A DNA stretch of 64,000 nucleotides from Candidatus Tayloriibacteriota bacterium (GTDB taxonomy: Bacteria > Patescibacteriota > Minisyncoccia > Phycocordibacterales > HO2-43-120). Both the position numbers and the translations under genes were made by a program. Positions 50,981 through 60,571 of the stretch are shown in pieces. The notes beneath the pieces were generated by a model that searched no databases, was not told where the DNA came from, and saw only the letters and a list, made by a program, of their open reading frames with translations. The first letter of the stretch is position 1, and each line of letters starts with the position of its first letter. The DNA is taken from positions 4,840 through 68,839 of the forward strand of contig JBDTMN010000004.1 in assembly GCA_039934295.1 (NCBI GenBank), read 5' to 3'.

Positions 50981-51832
50981 TTAAAACAAAGTGCTCTCTT
51001 GGTGATCGTCTGGTTTAACTTTTTTTGTTTTTGGAATGTCTCTCTCCGCTGATTTTGCTTCAGACGAATTTTTTTCGAATACTATCTCGATGGCAACACC
51101 CGCCGACTGGCGGTAACTGCAATAATCACAGTCCGTGCTCTCCTTGGGCAAGATGTCGCTTACTAAACACTTTTTAATATCTCCCAACGTTTTTTCAACC
51201 CATTTATCGCTTCCAGTATAGGGAATGACGGACACATCGAATTCAAGCTTTCCGTCAAAAGCAACTCTATCCGTTTTTCCGTTTGCATAGACAAAATAAC
51301 CGAGATCATCAACTTTGAAACCATTCTGTCGAAAGAGCCATTGATACACTTCCATCTGGCGTTTGTATCCGTCCTGCCAGAGAGCATCCAAACTCACTTC
51401 ACCGTCCTTGCTCGTGGCTTTGTAGTCGACAACGATGAGTTCTCCGGAAGGCTTGACCCAAACGTCATCAACTCCCCCGCGCACAAAAAGATTGGTTGGC
51501 TTATGAAGAATACTCACGCCGTGTCGCAAAGAATCTCTCCAGTCTTCCATCTGTGGATGGCTGAAGGGAACTGCGTCAATTTTGTATTGCTTCATCAAAG
51601 GATGCGCCGTCTTTTTTGCCCGATGGATGTCAAACTCTTTTTTCAAAAGTTTGTCCACCGCGCTGTTTAGGGTAAAGGGAAAACCTGGAGGACGGGCGAC
51701 ACCGAGCTTGTTGTCAATGTAGAAGCATCTCGCGCATTCCAAAAAGAGGTCGATCTTGGAACGGGAGAGCTTCCAGTTCGGACCGCCATAATTCCAGTCA
51801 GGTTTTCTGTTTGGTTTATAATAGAGGGACAT
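50981..51832 (-). CDS. PD-(D/E)XK nuclease family protein
   Basis: LSRSKI..F.EC.RCF, GGVDD, VVDYKAT, RQMEVY, CDYC. Confidence 0.88.
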   Translation of the reverse strand: MSLYYKPNRKPDWNYGGPNWKLSRSKIDLFLECARCFYIDNKLGVARPPGFPFTLNSAVDKLLKKEFDIHRAKKTAHPLMKQYKIDAVPFSHPQMEDWRDSLRHGVSILHKPTNLFVRGGVDDVWVKPSGELIVVDYKATSKDGEVSLDALWQDGYKRQMEVYQWLFRQNGFKVDDLGYFVYANGKTDRVAFDGKLEFDVSVIPYTGSDKWVEKTLGDIKKCLVSDILPKESTDCDYCSYRQSAGVAIEIVFEKNSSEAKSAERDIPKTKKVKPDDHQESTLF

Positions 51833-51922
51833 AAGAAAAAAGTTGAAAGTGAAAAGTTAAAAGTAAAAAGTAAAAAGTTTGAAGAATCGGAAGAATGAAG
51901 AACAAAGAGAAGAAAATGCTAG

Positions 51923-52768
51923 TTAAACAAATAAACTTTTGGCTTCGTCAAGAACGTCTTTTTCTTCCTTTCTCCCGAGTTGCAGAAATGAAAGAACGCT
52001 CGGGTTTGAAACAATAGTCTTGCAAAGCACGATGCCTTTTGTAAAAAGTTCCTGTTTCTGCGAACTGGTAAGAGTCGTGAGACAGGTGAGAGGATGAAGT
52101 TTCTCTTCTTCAATCACGCTCTCGAGATTTTCTTTGTCCGGATAGTTCCACCCCATCATCGAAAGCCTCGTACAGCTTCCGTACTGAATGGCGGAAGAGG
52201 TGAATTTAGTATTGGTGATAAGAAAACCGTCCGTGAGACGCCTTTCTTTATTGCCAATAAAAAAAGATACTTTCGCTAGGTCTTCCATTCTGGCTTTTAC
52301 ATATAAAGCAATCTTGAGATCAGTCTTGAACCCCGGCTCGTTGTGAAATTTCACTTCTGCAAAGAGAAGCCGGTCGTCTTTCCACGCGATGACATCGACT
52401 TCATGTTCCACACAATGACCTTTCATGATTTTACCGGTTTCGACACTCCAACCTCTCGCTTTAAATATCTCTCCCACATAATCTTCAAAAGGGAATCCGG
52501 AAGGGCCAAAGCCGAGAAGCGCGCGTCGAAGGGAGTACCTTGCGGCAGATGGCCTGTGTTGCTTCTCGAGAAGCATGAAAGCATGCCGATAGATATCGGT
52601 AGTCGACATGTCATCCATGAGTTCCGACTGAACGTGACTGACCACTTCCCGAATAAGCTCATCATGAGCGCCCGCTCGCTTAAGCGAGTTCACAAGCTTC
52701 TCCTGGTCGAAAAATTCTTTTTCCCCGTCGGCTTTCAGGATTCTGATTTTTGGGCTGGTGTTTTCCAT
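51923..52768 (-). CDS. ATP-cone + Mrr-like restriction endonuclease domain protein
   Basis: ILKADGEKEFFD.EKL (ATP cone); GFPFE, HEVDV, EVKFHN, LITNTKFT. Confidence 0.85.
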   Translation of the reverse strand: MENTSPKIRILKADGEKEFFDQEKLVNSLKRAGAHDELIREVVSHVQSELMDDMSTTDIYRHAFMLLEKQHRPSAARYSLRRALLGFGPSGFPFEDYVGEIFKARGWSVETGKIMKGHCVEHEVDVIAWKDDRLLFAEVKFHNEPGFKTDLKIALYVKARMEDLAKVSFFIGNKERRLTDGFLITNTKFTSSAIQYGSCTRLSMMGWNYPDKENLESVIEEEKLHPLTCLTTLTSSQKQELFTKGIVLCKTIVSNPSVLSFLQLGRKEEKDVLDEAKSLFV

Positions 52769-52847
52769 AATGACAGATACTAATATACAAATGGCTACGA
52801 ATAATTAGGAATAAAGAATAGAAGACTGCACTTTGCCATCAAAGCGA

Positions 52848-53018
52848 GCCATTCATTTTTTGGAGAGTCGCGAATGGCAGATTGAACATCAAGGAGGCGA
52901 ATAGGAAAATTCAATTGTTTGAGGAGCAGTCCCGTGCGACGAGTCTTGGATTTTCCGTAAATGAGCCGACTATGATGTTCCTCTGCCGAAGCGTCCTCTC
53001 TCCAAAAAAATGAATGGC
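52848..53018. mobile_element. MITE-like element with ~20-bp terminal inverted repeats
   Basis: GCCATTCATTTTTTGGAGAG ... CTCTCCAAAAAAATGAATGGC. Confidence 0.7.
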
Positions 53019-53027
53019 GAGCGGCCT

Positions 53028-53513
53028 CTATCCTTTGATATCAATCTCAAACGTATCCAGATTCTCCCCTTCCGGAACTTCAAAGATATTCAGTATAAGC
53101 GGTGAGCCATTCAACGTTCCGCTAACCGTTGCATCTTTGGACATCGTAATGCTTGTCTTCCATCTTCTCGCGCTCACAATCTGCTTGCAAACTTCAGTCG
53201 TATTCGTTGAAGTGAAGACCAAAGATATTTTGTTCGCTTCCGTCGCATTTTTTTGAGCTTCTGCTTCCACAAGGTCGCAGGGAGTGGGAAGGCTGATCTC
53301 TCCGGCAAAGGTATGAATGCCGTTTTTGAACTGGTGTTTTACGTCAATGGTTTGGGCTGTCGTTTCCTCTCCGCGAGTAGATTCAAGAGCGGGGTTAAAT
53401 ACTTCTGTTTTATGGTTCGCCCGATACGAATAATAAAACCCTCCGGCAATCAGGGCAACCGCAAGGACTGCGAGCACGATTGCCACGATTTTTTTATTAT
53501 TATTTTCTTCCAT
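53028..53513 (-). CDS. single-TM exported hypothetical protein
   Basis: N-terminal TM; LPTPC...C.Q cysteine pair. Confidence 0.7.
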   Translation of the reverse strand: MEENNNKKIVAIVLAVLAVALIAGGFYYSYRANHKTEVFNPALESTRGEETTAQTIDVKHQFKNGIHTFAGEISLPTPCDLVEAEAQKNATEANKISLVFTSTNTTEVCKQIVSARRWKTSITMSKDATVSGTLNGSPLILNIFEVPEGENLDTFEIDIKG

Positions 53514-53673
53514 GGATAGTGTATTGTTAGGTAAATAAAGTCAATTGCTAGTTCCTTCCGTATGGGTTGATTATAGCACAAGGTGGGGAAAGATTTGTAA
53601 CATATAGCATGTAACATGTAACGTCTCACGGGAAAAACTGGGAATCATTTTTTCTTACGATATTCGTTATACG

Positions 53674-54819
53674 CTACACAATCACTCCCCCTCCCAAGCA
53701 GACCTCGCCATCATAAAGCACGAGAGACTGACCTGCCGATACCGCCTGTTGTTTTTCGAAAAAAACGACGGAGAATGTGTTGCCTGATTGCATCACTCGA
53801 CACTTTGCGAGTTCCTGCCGATACCGGATTCTAGCTCTATATTCTTTCCCTGCCAAGGGCGCCTGCAAAATCCAATTTACATTTTTTAACACTATTTTTT
53901 CTTTGTTTCCGGAGCTCGGCGGTTCTCTGTGACCAACAGTAATCGTATTTGCCCTCACATTTTTGCCGACTACATAAAATGGCTCATCATTGGGAGATTT
54001 TTCCGTGATGATATATCCGTGCCGTTCGCCTTCCGTGTAAAAAAATGCTCCGTCGTGCTCTCCGATTACTTTTCCCTCGCCACTCAACACTTTTCCTTTC
54101 TCGTGTTTCAAGTAGTGGCCGAGAAATTCTCTCATATCCATTTTGCCGATAAAACATAGCCCCTGGCTGTCTTTCTTTTCCGCCGTAGGCAAGGCAAACT
54201 GCTTCGCCATTTTTCTCACTTCCGGTTTCGACAAATGTCCTACGGGAAATAGCGTGCGTGATAACTCCCGTTGTGTGAGCGTCCAAAGGAAATAGGATTG
54301 ATCCTTATTGGAATCACATGCAACATGTAACTTGTAACTTGTAACATCTGAAAGGGGAAAATCTTTTTCTCTTCTCAACTGTTTCGTGTTACGAGTTATA
54401 TGTTTTGTGACTTGCGCATAGTGCCCAGTAGCAACAAAATCGGCTCCTTTCTTCATTGCAAAATCATAAAATCCGCCAAACTTTATCGCCTTGTTGCACA
54501 TCACATCCGGGTTCGGAGTTCTGCCCGCTTTATACTCGGCAATCATAGAGTCAATCACATCTTTTTTGTATTCTTTTTCAAGATTGAGCGTAATAAAGGG
54601 AATGTCCAAAAGAGCCGCGACTCGCATCGCATCGAGTCGATCTTCTCTCCATGTGCAGTCAATCCAGTCCGGTTGCCAGACCTTAATAAACACGCCGATA
54701 ACATCGTATCCCTGCTTTTTAAGCATCGCCGCGGAAACCGAACTGTCAACCCCTCCGGACATGCCGACGTATACTTTCTTTTTTACTTTTTTTGTCCTTT
54801 TTTCTCCTTGACTTTTCAT
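53674..54819 (-). CDS. mnmA: tRNA 2-thiouridylase
   Basis: MSGGVDSSV, GRTPNPDVMCN, ATGHYA, KDQSYFL, KDSQGLCFIG. Confidence 0.97.
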   Translation of the reverse strand: MKSQGEKRTKKVKKKVYVGMSGGVDSSVSAAMLKKQGYDVIGVFIKVWQPDWIDCTWREDRLDAMRVAALLDIPFITLNLEKEYKKDVIDSMIAEYKAGRTPNPDVMCNKAIKFGGFYDFAMKKGADFVATGHYAQVTKHITRNTKQLRREKDFPLSDVTSYKLHVACDSNKDQSYFLWTLTQRELSRTLFPVGHLSKPEVRKMAKQFALPTAEKKDSQGLCFIGKMDMREFLGHYLKHEKGKVLSGEGKVIGEHDGAFFYTEGERHGYIITEKSPNDEPFYVVGKNVRANTITVGHREPPSSGNKEKIVLKNVNWILQAPLAGKEYRARIRYRQELAKCRVMQSGNTFSVVFFEKQQAVSAGQSLVLYDGEVCLGGGVIV

Positions 54820-54906
54820 TAATTCTATTCTAATCTAGAAACTAGAAACAGGCAAATTGTATTGCTCAAAACGGGCAAGTTTGCGCTACGATTTGGAGAA
54901 AAATCT

Positions 54907-55410
54907 ATGAGTCAGATAAAGATAATGATGGTGGGAGTGATGATAGGCCTAGTCATTGCTGGAGTCGTGGTCGATATTCGAAATAGAGTGAACGACCAAT
55001 GGGGTTATCGTCTCTTGGGCGGGCTACTTTGTTTTTTTGCCCTTTTGTTTTTTTCCGTTACTTCCACCGCATTCAACGGGACGGAAGCCCAGGAACAGGT
55101 CGCGCCTGCGAGGACAGTCACCGTCCTCCAATTAGAGACAGGTATTTATGAATACCCCGATGTCTGGGAAGTTGGTGGATTTTATGTCATTCCATTACGG
55201 CGCGCAGAAGGTCTTCAGCAAATAGAAACCGAAAACGCGGGCACGCCAGAGAGGAGGGGGTGGCACATGCTTGCCTTTTCCACTTTTGTCAAATATGAAA
55301 TCCCCCCCAGCCAAAACGCGAAGTTGGTCTCATTCACCGGCTTTCTCGAGGTAAAAAAAGACGGAGACAAAAAAATCCTCGCGGTGTACAAACCCCCCAC
55401 AAGCAAATAG
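54907..55410 (+). CDS. 2-TM hypothetical protein, paralog 1
   Basis: LETGIYEYPDVW..IPLRR..GFLEVK shared with next gene. Confidence 0.7.
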   Translation: MSQIKIMMVGVMIGLVIAGVVVDIRNRVNDQWGYRLLGGLLCFFALLFFSVTSTAFNGTEAQEQVAPARTVTVLQLETGIYEYPDVWEVGGFYVIPLRRAEGLQQIETENAGTPERRGWHMLAFSTFVKYEIPPSQNAKLVSFTGFLEVKKDGDKKILAVYKPPTSK

Positions 55411-55558
55411 TTCTCTCCAATATCAAGGTCCGACCTTGATATTTTTTTTCGTCCTATCCCCTACCCAATTGAAAATCCTTCTACTATAATAGTGGCAGCT
55501 AGGCAAATAGTATGCTCATCGACGAGCAAGTTTGCCACTGAACTTCGGAGAAATTGTT

Positions 55559-56047
55559 ATGTTAGAGTTTTTCAATCTTTTTGGATGTGCTCTCATCATT
55601 ACTTTGATTCTCATGGTGGCCAGTCGAAAAAGCCCGCCAAAATACAGGATGTATGATTCCGTCGGCGCGGCAAGTATGTTTGTCATCCTTTACGTCGCTT
55701 GCAAAGTGATGAACCCGCTTAATCCGAGACAAGAGAGAGCGGCGCTTCCCGGAAATGCAGTCGAGATTGCCAAGCTCGAGGCAGGCGTCTACGAGTACTT
55801 GGATCTTTGGGACACGAAGCCATTCCACCTCCTTCCTCTTCGAAAAGTGGTGAGGAATGGAAGCAATGTGACACAAACGGACGACCCGAAACGAGCAAAA
55901 TGGATTCTGGCCGTCCTTTCGGGAGAAGAGGCAAGACGATACAAGATACCTGCGCCACGCAGTCAGAAAAAAACACCCATAGGGGGCACCCTCGAGGTGA
56001 AAGTTGAAAACGGACATAAATGTTTTTCAGTCATCGAATGCCGGTAG
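55559..56047 (+). CDS. 2-TM hypothetical protein, paralog 2
   Basis: LEAGVYEYLDLW..LPLRK..GTLEVK. Confidence 0.7.
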   Translation: MLEFFNLFGCALIITLILMVASRKSPPKYRMYDSVGAASMFVILYVACKVMNPLNPRQERAALPGNAVEIAKLEAGVYEYLDLWDTKPFHLLPLRKVVRNGSNVTQTDDPKRAKWILAVLSGEEARRYKIPAPRSQKKTPIGGTLEVKVENGHKCFSVIECR

Positions 56048-56083
56048 CAAGCTACCGGCTTTTTCTTTCTGACTTACTCCCTA

Positions 56084-57085
56084 CTACTTCAAATATTTCT
56101 CAATATTTTTCCTGTGCTCCTCAAACGTCTTCGCGTAGCGCATTTCTCCCTCCTTGCCGGAAAGAAAATACCAGTACGCGGTCTCCGTGGGATAGAGAGC
56201 CGCCAGAATTGAATCTATTCCCGGATTGGAAATCGGCGTCGGAGGAAAGCCGACATATTTGTAAGTGTTATAAGGCGAATCAACTGTGATATCTTCCGCC
56301 TTAACTGTAGCGTGATTTTCGACATTACTATATCGAAACGGAGAATCAACCTGGAGGGCCATGCCGGAGCGCAAACGTTTCCACAATATTCCGGCCACGA
56401 TTTTTCTGGCCTCCGTCGTTTTCGCCTCTTCCTCAAGAATTGAAGCCATGAGAATCACTTCTCGAAGAGAGTGGGACGATTGGTCAAAATCTTTTTGGAG
56501 CGTTTTTATCTTAGCCTCAAAATTAGCCTCCATTGAGGCAATGACATCGTCTGCATTGGCATTTGAAAGAAATTTGTACGTATCGGGAAAAAGATAGCCT
56601 TCTTTCTCGTGGGTTTTCTCGAGGAAATCCAGGGGATCAAATTTGAACAAGTGGAGCCGGGCAATCTCGGCAAATTCAAAAAGATTCAAGCCCTCGGGAA
56701 ACGTAATTTGGAGAGGCACGAGTCCCAATTCTCCTGCAGAAATTCTGCCCGCAACCTCAAAGACAGAAATTGGCTTGTCGAAATAGTAGTCGCCTGCAAC
56801 GACCTTCCTGTCCCAATTTTTCCAGACCACAAAATTGCGCAGGAGAAATGACGACCTTACAATATGCTTTTCTTTCAAGACGGAAGCAAGTTGGCTTAGG
56901 GATTCACCCTTGGTCAAGGTAACCGCGGAATGAGAAGGAAAATCGGAAGGAGGAGAAATCATGAAAAAAAAGAACGCAAGACCTAAAAGAAAAACATACA
57001 TTACAAAAACGGAACTTTTTTTCCGCTTTGAAATACTTTGGCCTTCGCTCCAGCCACCTTCTGTTTGTGTTTTAACATCTTCCAT
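56084..57085 (-). CDS. mltG: endolytic transglycosylase MltG
   Basis: TFPEG, EGYLFPDTY, ASILEEE, SPYNTY..G.PPTPISNPG. Confidence 0.95.
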   Translation of the reverse strand: MEDVKTQTEGGWSEGQSISKRKKSSVFVMYVFLLGLAFFFFMISPPSDFPSHSAVTLTKGESLSQLASVLKEKHIVRSSFLLRNFVVWKNWDRKVVAGDYYFDKPISVFEVAGRISAGELGLVPLQITFPEGLNLFEFAEIARLHLFKFDPLDFLEKTHEKEGYLFPDTYKFLSNANADDVIASMEANFEAKIKTLQKDFDQSSHSLREVILMASILEEEAKTTEARKIVAGILWKRLRSGMALQVDSPFRYSNVENHATVKAEDITVDSPYNTYKYVGFPPTPISNPGIDSILAALYPTETAYWYFLSGKEGEMRYAKTFEEHRKNIEKYLK

Positions 57086-57108
57086 GAAAAAGTTCTCCGA
57101 AATTAAAA

Positions 57109-58320
57109 TTAAATCGGGAGATTTGCGGGAGGCTCTGCCTTCTTAGCCGCAATACGGTCAAATGTGGGCGTCTCAGAAACTTTCCCGGGAAAGTGATAAA
57201 TAGTAGCGAGTTCCTCGGTGTTCAAAACAAACGGATTCGAAGATTGATGAGGCGCGTGGAAAAACGAACGACGTTTATAGGCTTCTACCACGTGATGATT
57301 GCTCCTGTTTTGCCTCATCTCTTTGTAGTCCTGCCATGGATAATTAAATTTATTTGACCACGCATGATGGTTGGGCATAAAACCATTTAAGTGCGGACTG
57401 CTGTATGGCTTGAAAAGCGTCCGCAAAATCGGCTCGTATACCTTGCGATACTTTTCTCTTTCTGCGAGATAAATGCCCCGAATTCCGCAATCAAAGGCAT
57501 TTTTGGCGATGCTTCTCTCAATCGCTTTTATTTTCTCCTTATCACCGGACGTAAGCTTAAATTCGCTGAACTCTTCTCCGTCGTCTTTTCCGTGAGTTTC
57601 TTTTTTTGCCTTTTGTTTTATTTTTTCAATCTCCATTTCGGCCTCATGCTGCCAATCCACTTTTTCAAACCATGTTCCGTGCTTTGTCTTTTCCGCCTTG
57701 TGAGCACGAATCATTATCTGAATCCACATCTGCTCGCCGGGCCCAAGAGAGCCCAGAGCTTCAATTAAGTTAGTGATTGGGTCCGTCTTGTTTTCTTCCT
57801 CCGTCTGCGTGCTCTCCAGGGTAAAATCCAAATAGGTCTTTATCGGATACGGGTCGGGAGCAGAGAGCTCAAAATCGCACGCCCATAGTTTGTATTTTTC
57901 CTTGTCGAAGGTAACCATCTTTGCGTAATCCGGCACTTCATGCACTTCTATTCCCGGATATTGCGCATAGAGCTGAGACTCGACAAAATTTTTCCATTTT
58001 TCCCAAGTCCAAATAAAAAATTTGACCTGCCCGCCCAATGAGACGATTTCGAGCGAGAACCACGGCCTCACCTTACCTTCCCAGTAACGGTCGATAAAAG
58101 TGTGCTCTCCGGTCGTTTGATAGAGGGCGCTTAAAAAAACTTCCATGGCAAGGGGAGTCTTGAGCACCTCTCTCGGAATCTTCAACTCCAAAACGATATT
58201 TTTCTGTTCAAGAAAAAATTTCGTCCGAATATAGACAATCCAGAGCTTCCACAAAACTGCTGCCAAAAAAAGAGGCACCCAGAGCGGGTAGAATGATAAA
58301 AAAATTTGGAAGCTTTCCAT
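57109..58320 (-). CDS. conserved hypothetical membrane-anchored protein
   Basis: LELKIP, AME, WFSLEI, YAQYP, YPIKTY, LNTEELATIYHFP; resembles the domain found N-terminal to CPR VirD4/HerA-like ATPases (from memory). Confidence 0.7.
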   Translation of the reverse strand: MESFQIFLSFYPLWVPLFLAAVLWKLWIVYIRTKFFLEQKNIVLELKIPREVLKTPLAMEVFLSALYQTTGEHTFIDRYWEGKVRPWFSLEIVSLGGQVKFFIWTWEKWKNFVESQLYAQYPGIEVHEVPDYAKMVTFDKEKYKLWACDFELSAPDPYPIKTYLDFTLESTQTEEENKTDPITNLIEALGSLGPGEQMWIQIMIRAHKAEKTKHGTWFEKVDWQHEAEMEIEKIKQKAKKETHGKDDGEEFSEFKLTSGDKEKIKAIERSIAKNAFDCGIRGIYLAEREKYRKVYEPILRTLFKPYSSPHLNGFMPNHHAWSNKFNYPWQDYKEMRQNRSNHHVVEAYKRRSFFHAPHQSSNPFVLNTEELATIYHFPGKVSETPTFDRIAAKKAEPPANLPI

Positions 58321-58364
58321 ACCAGCTATTTTACCATCTGTTCGCGATTTTGCACATAACACTC

Positions 58365-58605
58365 GGCACGTTCTTTTGTAGAAACAGAAAATCTGCCCAG
58401 CCGCAGATTTTCTTCGTTCCTTACAGGAACTGTACACTCTTCACATTTCGAAGACGAAACATTCAGAGTCTTGCGAAAGCCTGCCCGTACCGAAACGTTA
58501 CGTTCGGGCGGGCTCCAAGTATTCGCTTTCTCACTCGGCCGATTTTTTGCATAAGAATGCAAAACCATGCAAATCGGCCTGCGAATGTTCTACAAAAGAA
58601 GTGCC
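58365..58605. mobile_element. MITE-like element with nested CCTGCCCG palindrome
   Basis: GGCACGTTCTTTTGTAGAA ... TTCTACAAAAGAAGTGCC; nested repeat 58481-58512. Confidence 0.65.
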
Positions 58606-58619
58606 TCGCTCAATCGTCT

Positions 58620-58664
58620 AAAGAAAACTCCGCCGAGCGCAAAGCGCTCGGCGGAGTTTTCTTT
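58620..58664. terminator. long perfect hairpin, probable terminator
   Basis: AAAGAAAACTCCGCCGAGCG-CAAAG-CGCTCGGCGGAGTTTTCTTT. Confidence 0.75.
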
Positions 58665-58691
58665 CTAACTTACGAACTTACTCACTTACTC

Positions 58692-59723
58692 TTATACCAC
58701 CACAGTATACTTTCCGCTAATTTCCTTTTTAAAGTATTTTGGATTTTGGAGATTGACCATGATGGTATTTTCTTTGACATATCTTTCTTTCATGACCTTC
58801 TCGATGATTTCCCCTTTGTTAAGAGGACCGTGTTTTTCAATAATTTTTTTGATGACATCTTTCACTACTCCGCTTATATAGCCCCACTCGGCGAGCGCGT
58901 AGAGACCTCTCCCTACAAGGACAAATCGCGGGTCCTTGATGAGCTCGTTGTGAGTGGTCGCCACGTGAGCTTTCTTATTGAAAAGCTTCTGGATGTTTTT
59001 CGCAACTTGAGTGAAATGGATAGGGGAGCCGTGCTTTCTTATGACAAGAAAAGCGTAGTCCCTCATGCCCTTGGTCCGAATATTCGGAGATTCGGAAGAG
59101 CCCCACTCGCCCAAAGGATTCTTGACGATTTTTTTCGAAATCTGGAGCCATCTCCTCACGATTTCTTCATTTTTATATTTTTCCGACACCTCTTTGCACT
59201 GCTCGAGAAATGCGCCGATGACTTCCGCCTCGGAAAGAATATCGTTGGTGGAAATATTTTTATATAATTTTCGAATCGACTCCTCTACCTGCTCGGCAAG
59301 CTCATGATTTGCGTGCCATCGATGCTTGAAGTGATCATCTTCTTTTCTTTTTTTAAATTGATCACCCAGAACCAATAAAAGGTTCAGATGATTATGCGTT
59401 CCCTTGTCTTTAGAAATGTGATTTAAAAGATTATCTTCAACGACAATGCCCCCGAGAGAGTCGAGGAGAGTTTCGAGTTCGGAAAAAGCCGCTTTTTCCT
59501 TCCCGTAAGCGTCGGATTTTCTTATATTGGCGAGCGCGTAGTTTTCGATCTGGCGAACACGCTCTCGCGTGATACCATACTTTTTTCCGATAGCCTCGAG
59601 TGTCATCCTTTTTGAGTCCTTTCCAAGACCATATCTTGAAATGATGACTTCTTGAGCTCTATCCGGCAACACCGAAAGAAGGCGCTTGGTAACCTGTTTT
59701 GGTTTGAATTTAATGATTTCCAT
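58692..59723 (-). CDS. sigma-70 region 4 + HARE-HTH (RNAP delta-like) protein
   Basis: RYGL..TLEAIGKKYGITRERVRQIE; THNELIKDPRFVLVGRGLYAL.EWGY. Confidence 0.85.
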   Translation of the reverse strand: MEIIKFKPKQVTKRLLSVLPDRAQEVIISRYGLGKDSKRMTLEAIGKKYGITRERVRQIENYALANIRKSDAYGKEKAAFSELETLLDSLGGIVVEDNLLNHISKDKGTHNHLNLLLVLGDQFKKRKEDDHFKHRWHANHELAEQVEESIRKLYKNISTNDILSEAEVIGAFLEQCKEVSEKYKNEEIVRRWLQISKKIVKNPLGEWGSSESPNIRTKGMRDYAFLVIRKHGSPIHFTQVAKNIQKLFNKKAHVATTHNELIKDPRFVLVGRGLYALAEWGYISGVVKDVIKKIIEKHGPLNKGEIIEKVMKERYVKENTIMVNLQNPKYFKKEISGKYTVVV

Positions 59724-59925
59724 GAATGTGTATCTTTAATTTCGATAACAAAATTGATTCCGATAAAATGATTTGTAGAATCTATCATCAATACATATAT
59801 AAGTCAAATGTATGTTGATATCTCCTTTTGACTAAATCGAGCTCTCGGCAACTTGTTGACCAAATTGAACGCTTATTATACCGCATATGACAATAAATGT
59901 CAAACAGCGCTACCCCTCTCCGATT

Positions 59926-60561
59926 TTAGCCTTGTAAATCAACCTCTTTTAGGGCTCCATGCACATCTTTAAAATCCTTGAGAATCTGATTTTCCGGTAG
60001 TAATTCTCGCAACTTGTCGTACCCGCAATAGCCCCAGCTACAGCCAATAATCTTCCCCCTATCCAATAAATTTTCAAGCTCATACACGTCCGCTTTGCTA
60101 TCGGTAAAATAGTAAACATCTTTCACGCTCACTCCCCAATCTCTGCAAACCATTTCTATTTTTTCTTCCTTGGAATGGTGGTTTTCGTACGTTAAAACGT
60201 GAGTCGGATTAAGTCCTGAAGCCAGACTTGGCGCCAAAACATACGAGCCGGCTCCGGTAGAAACAACAGCAATTTTTTTATTCGGAATTTTTTTGATTTC
60301 TTCTATAAAGCCGTCGAACATTCTGAAGCCCAATCGCGCAACTTCATTCCCAAATGACGCAATCCAAACTCCAAATTTCTTGTGCTCTTCTTGCGACAAA
60401 GTCTGGTCTCGAGTATGTTTCGGCTTGTTATCGAAATATCGGTTCATCTGTAATACGGCTTCGTCCATATTTTTAACAAATCCTAGATTAATCCTAGTGT
60501 GCAAATTTGATTGCATAGTATCTCCCAGAACCCCGTCAAAATCAAAAATCAGATACTTCAT
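59926..60561 (-). CDS. HAD family hydrolase
   Basis: IFDFDGVLGDT, VST, K, TDSKAD, WGY. Confidence 0.88.
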   Translation of the reverse strand: MKYLIFDFDGVLGDTMQSNLHTRINLGFVKNMDEAVLQMNRYFDNKPKHTRDQTLSQEEHKKFGVWIASFGNEVARLGFRMFDGFIEEIKKIPNKKIAVVSTGAGSYVLAPSLASGLNPTHVLTYENHHSKEEKIEMVCRDWGVSVKDVYYFTDSKADVYELENLLDRGKIIGCSWGYCGYDKLRELLPENQILKDFKDVHGALKEVDLQG

Positions 60562-60571
60562 TGATAAAAGT

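Noticed and set aside
50981-51832. Cas4 / CRISPR adaptation gene
   Set aside because: Generic PD-(D/E)XK nuclease with no cas1/cas2 or array nearby
54848-54890. c-di-GMP-I riboswitch suggested by GGCAAA
   Set aside because: Lacks the GNRA-capped P2 stem and downstream GACGCAAAG-type element
58293-59267. 324-aa plus-strand ORF and other long antisense ORFs (e.g. 61391-62083, 15162-15743, 12040-12609)
   Set aside because: Shadow frames opposite well-supported genes, with no protein motifs
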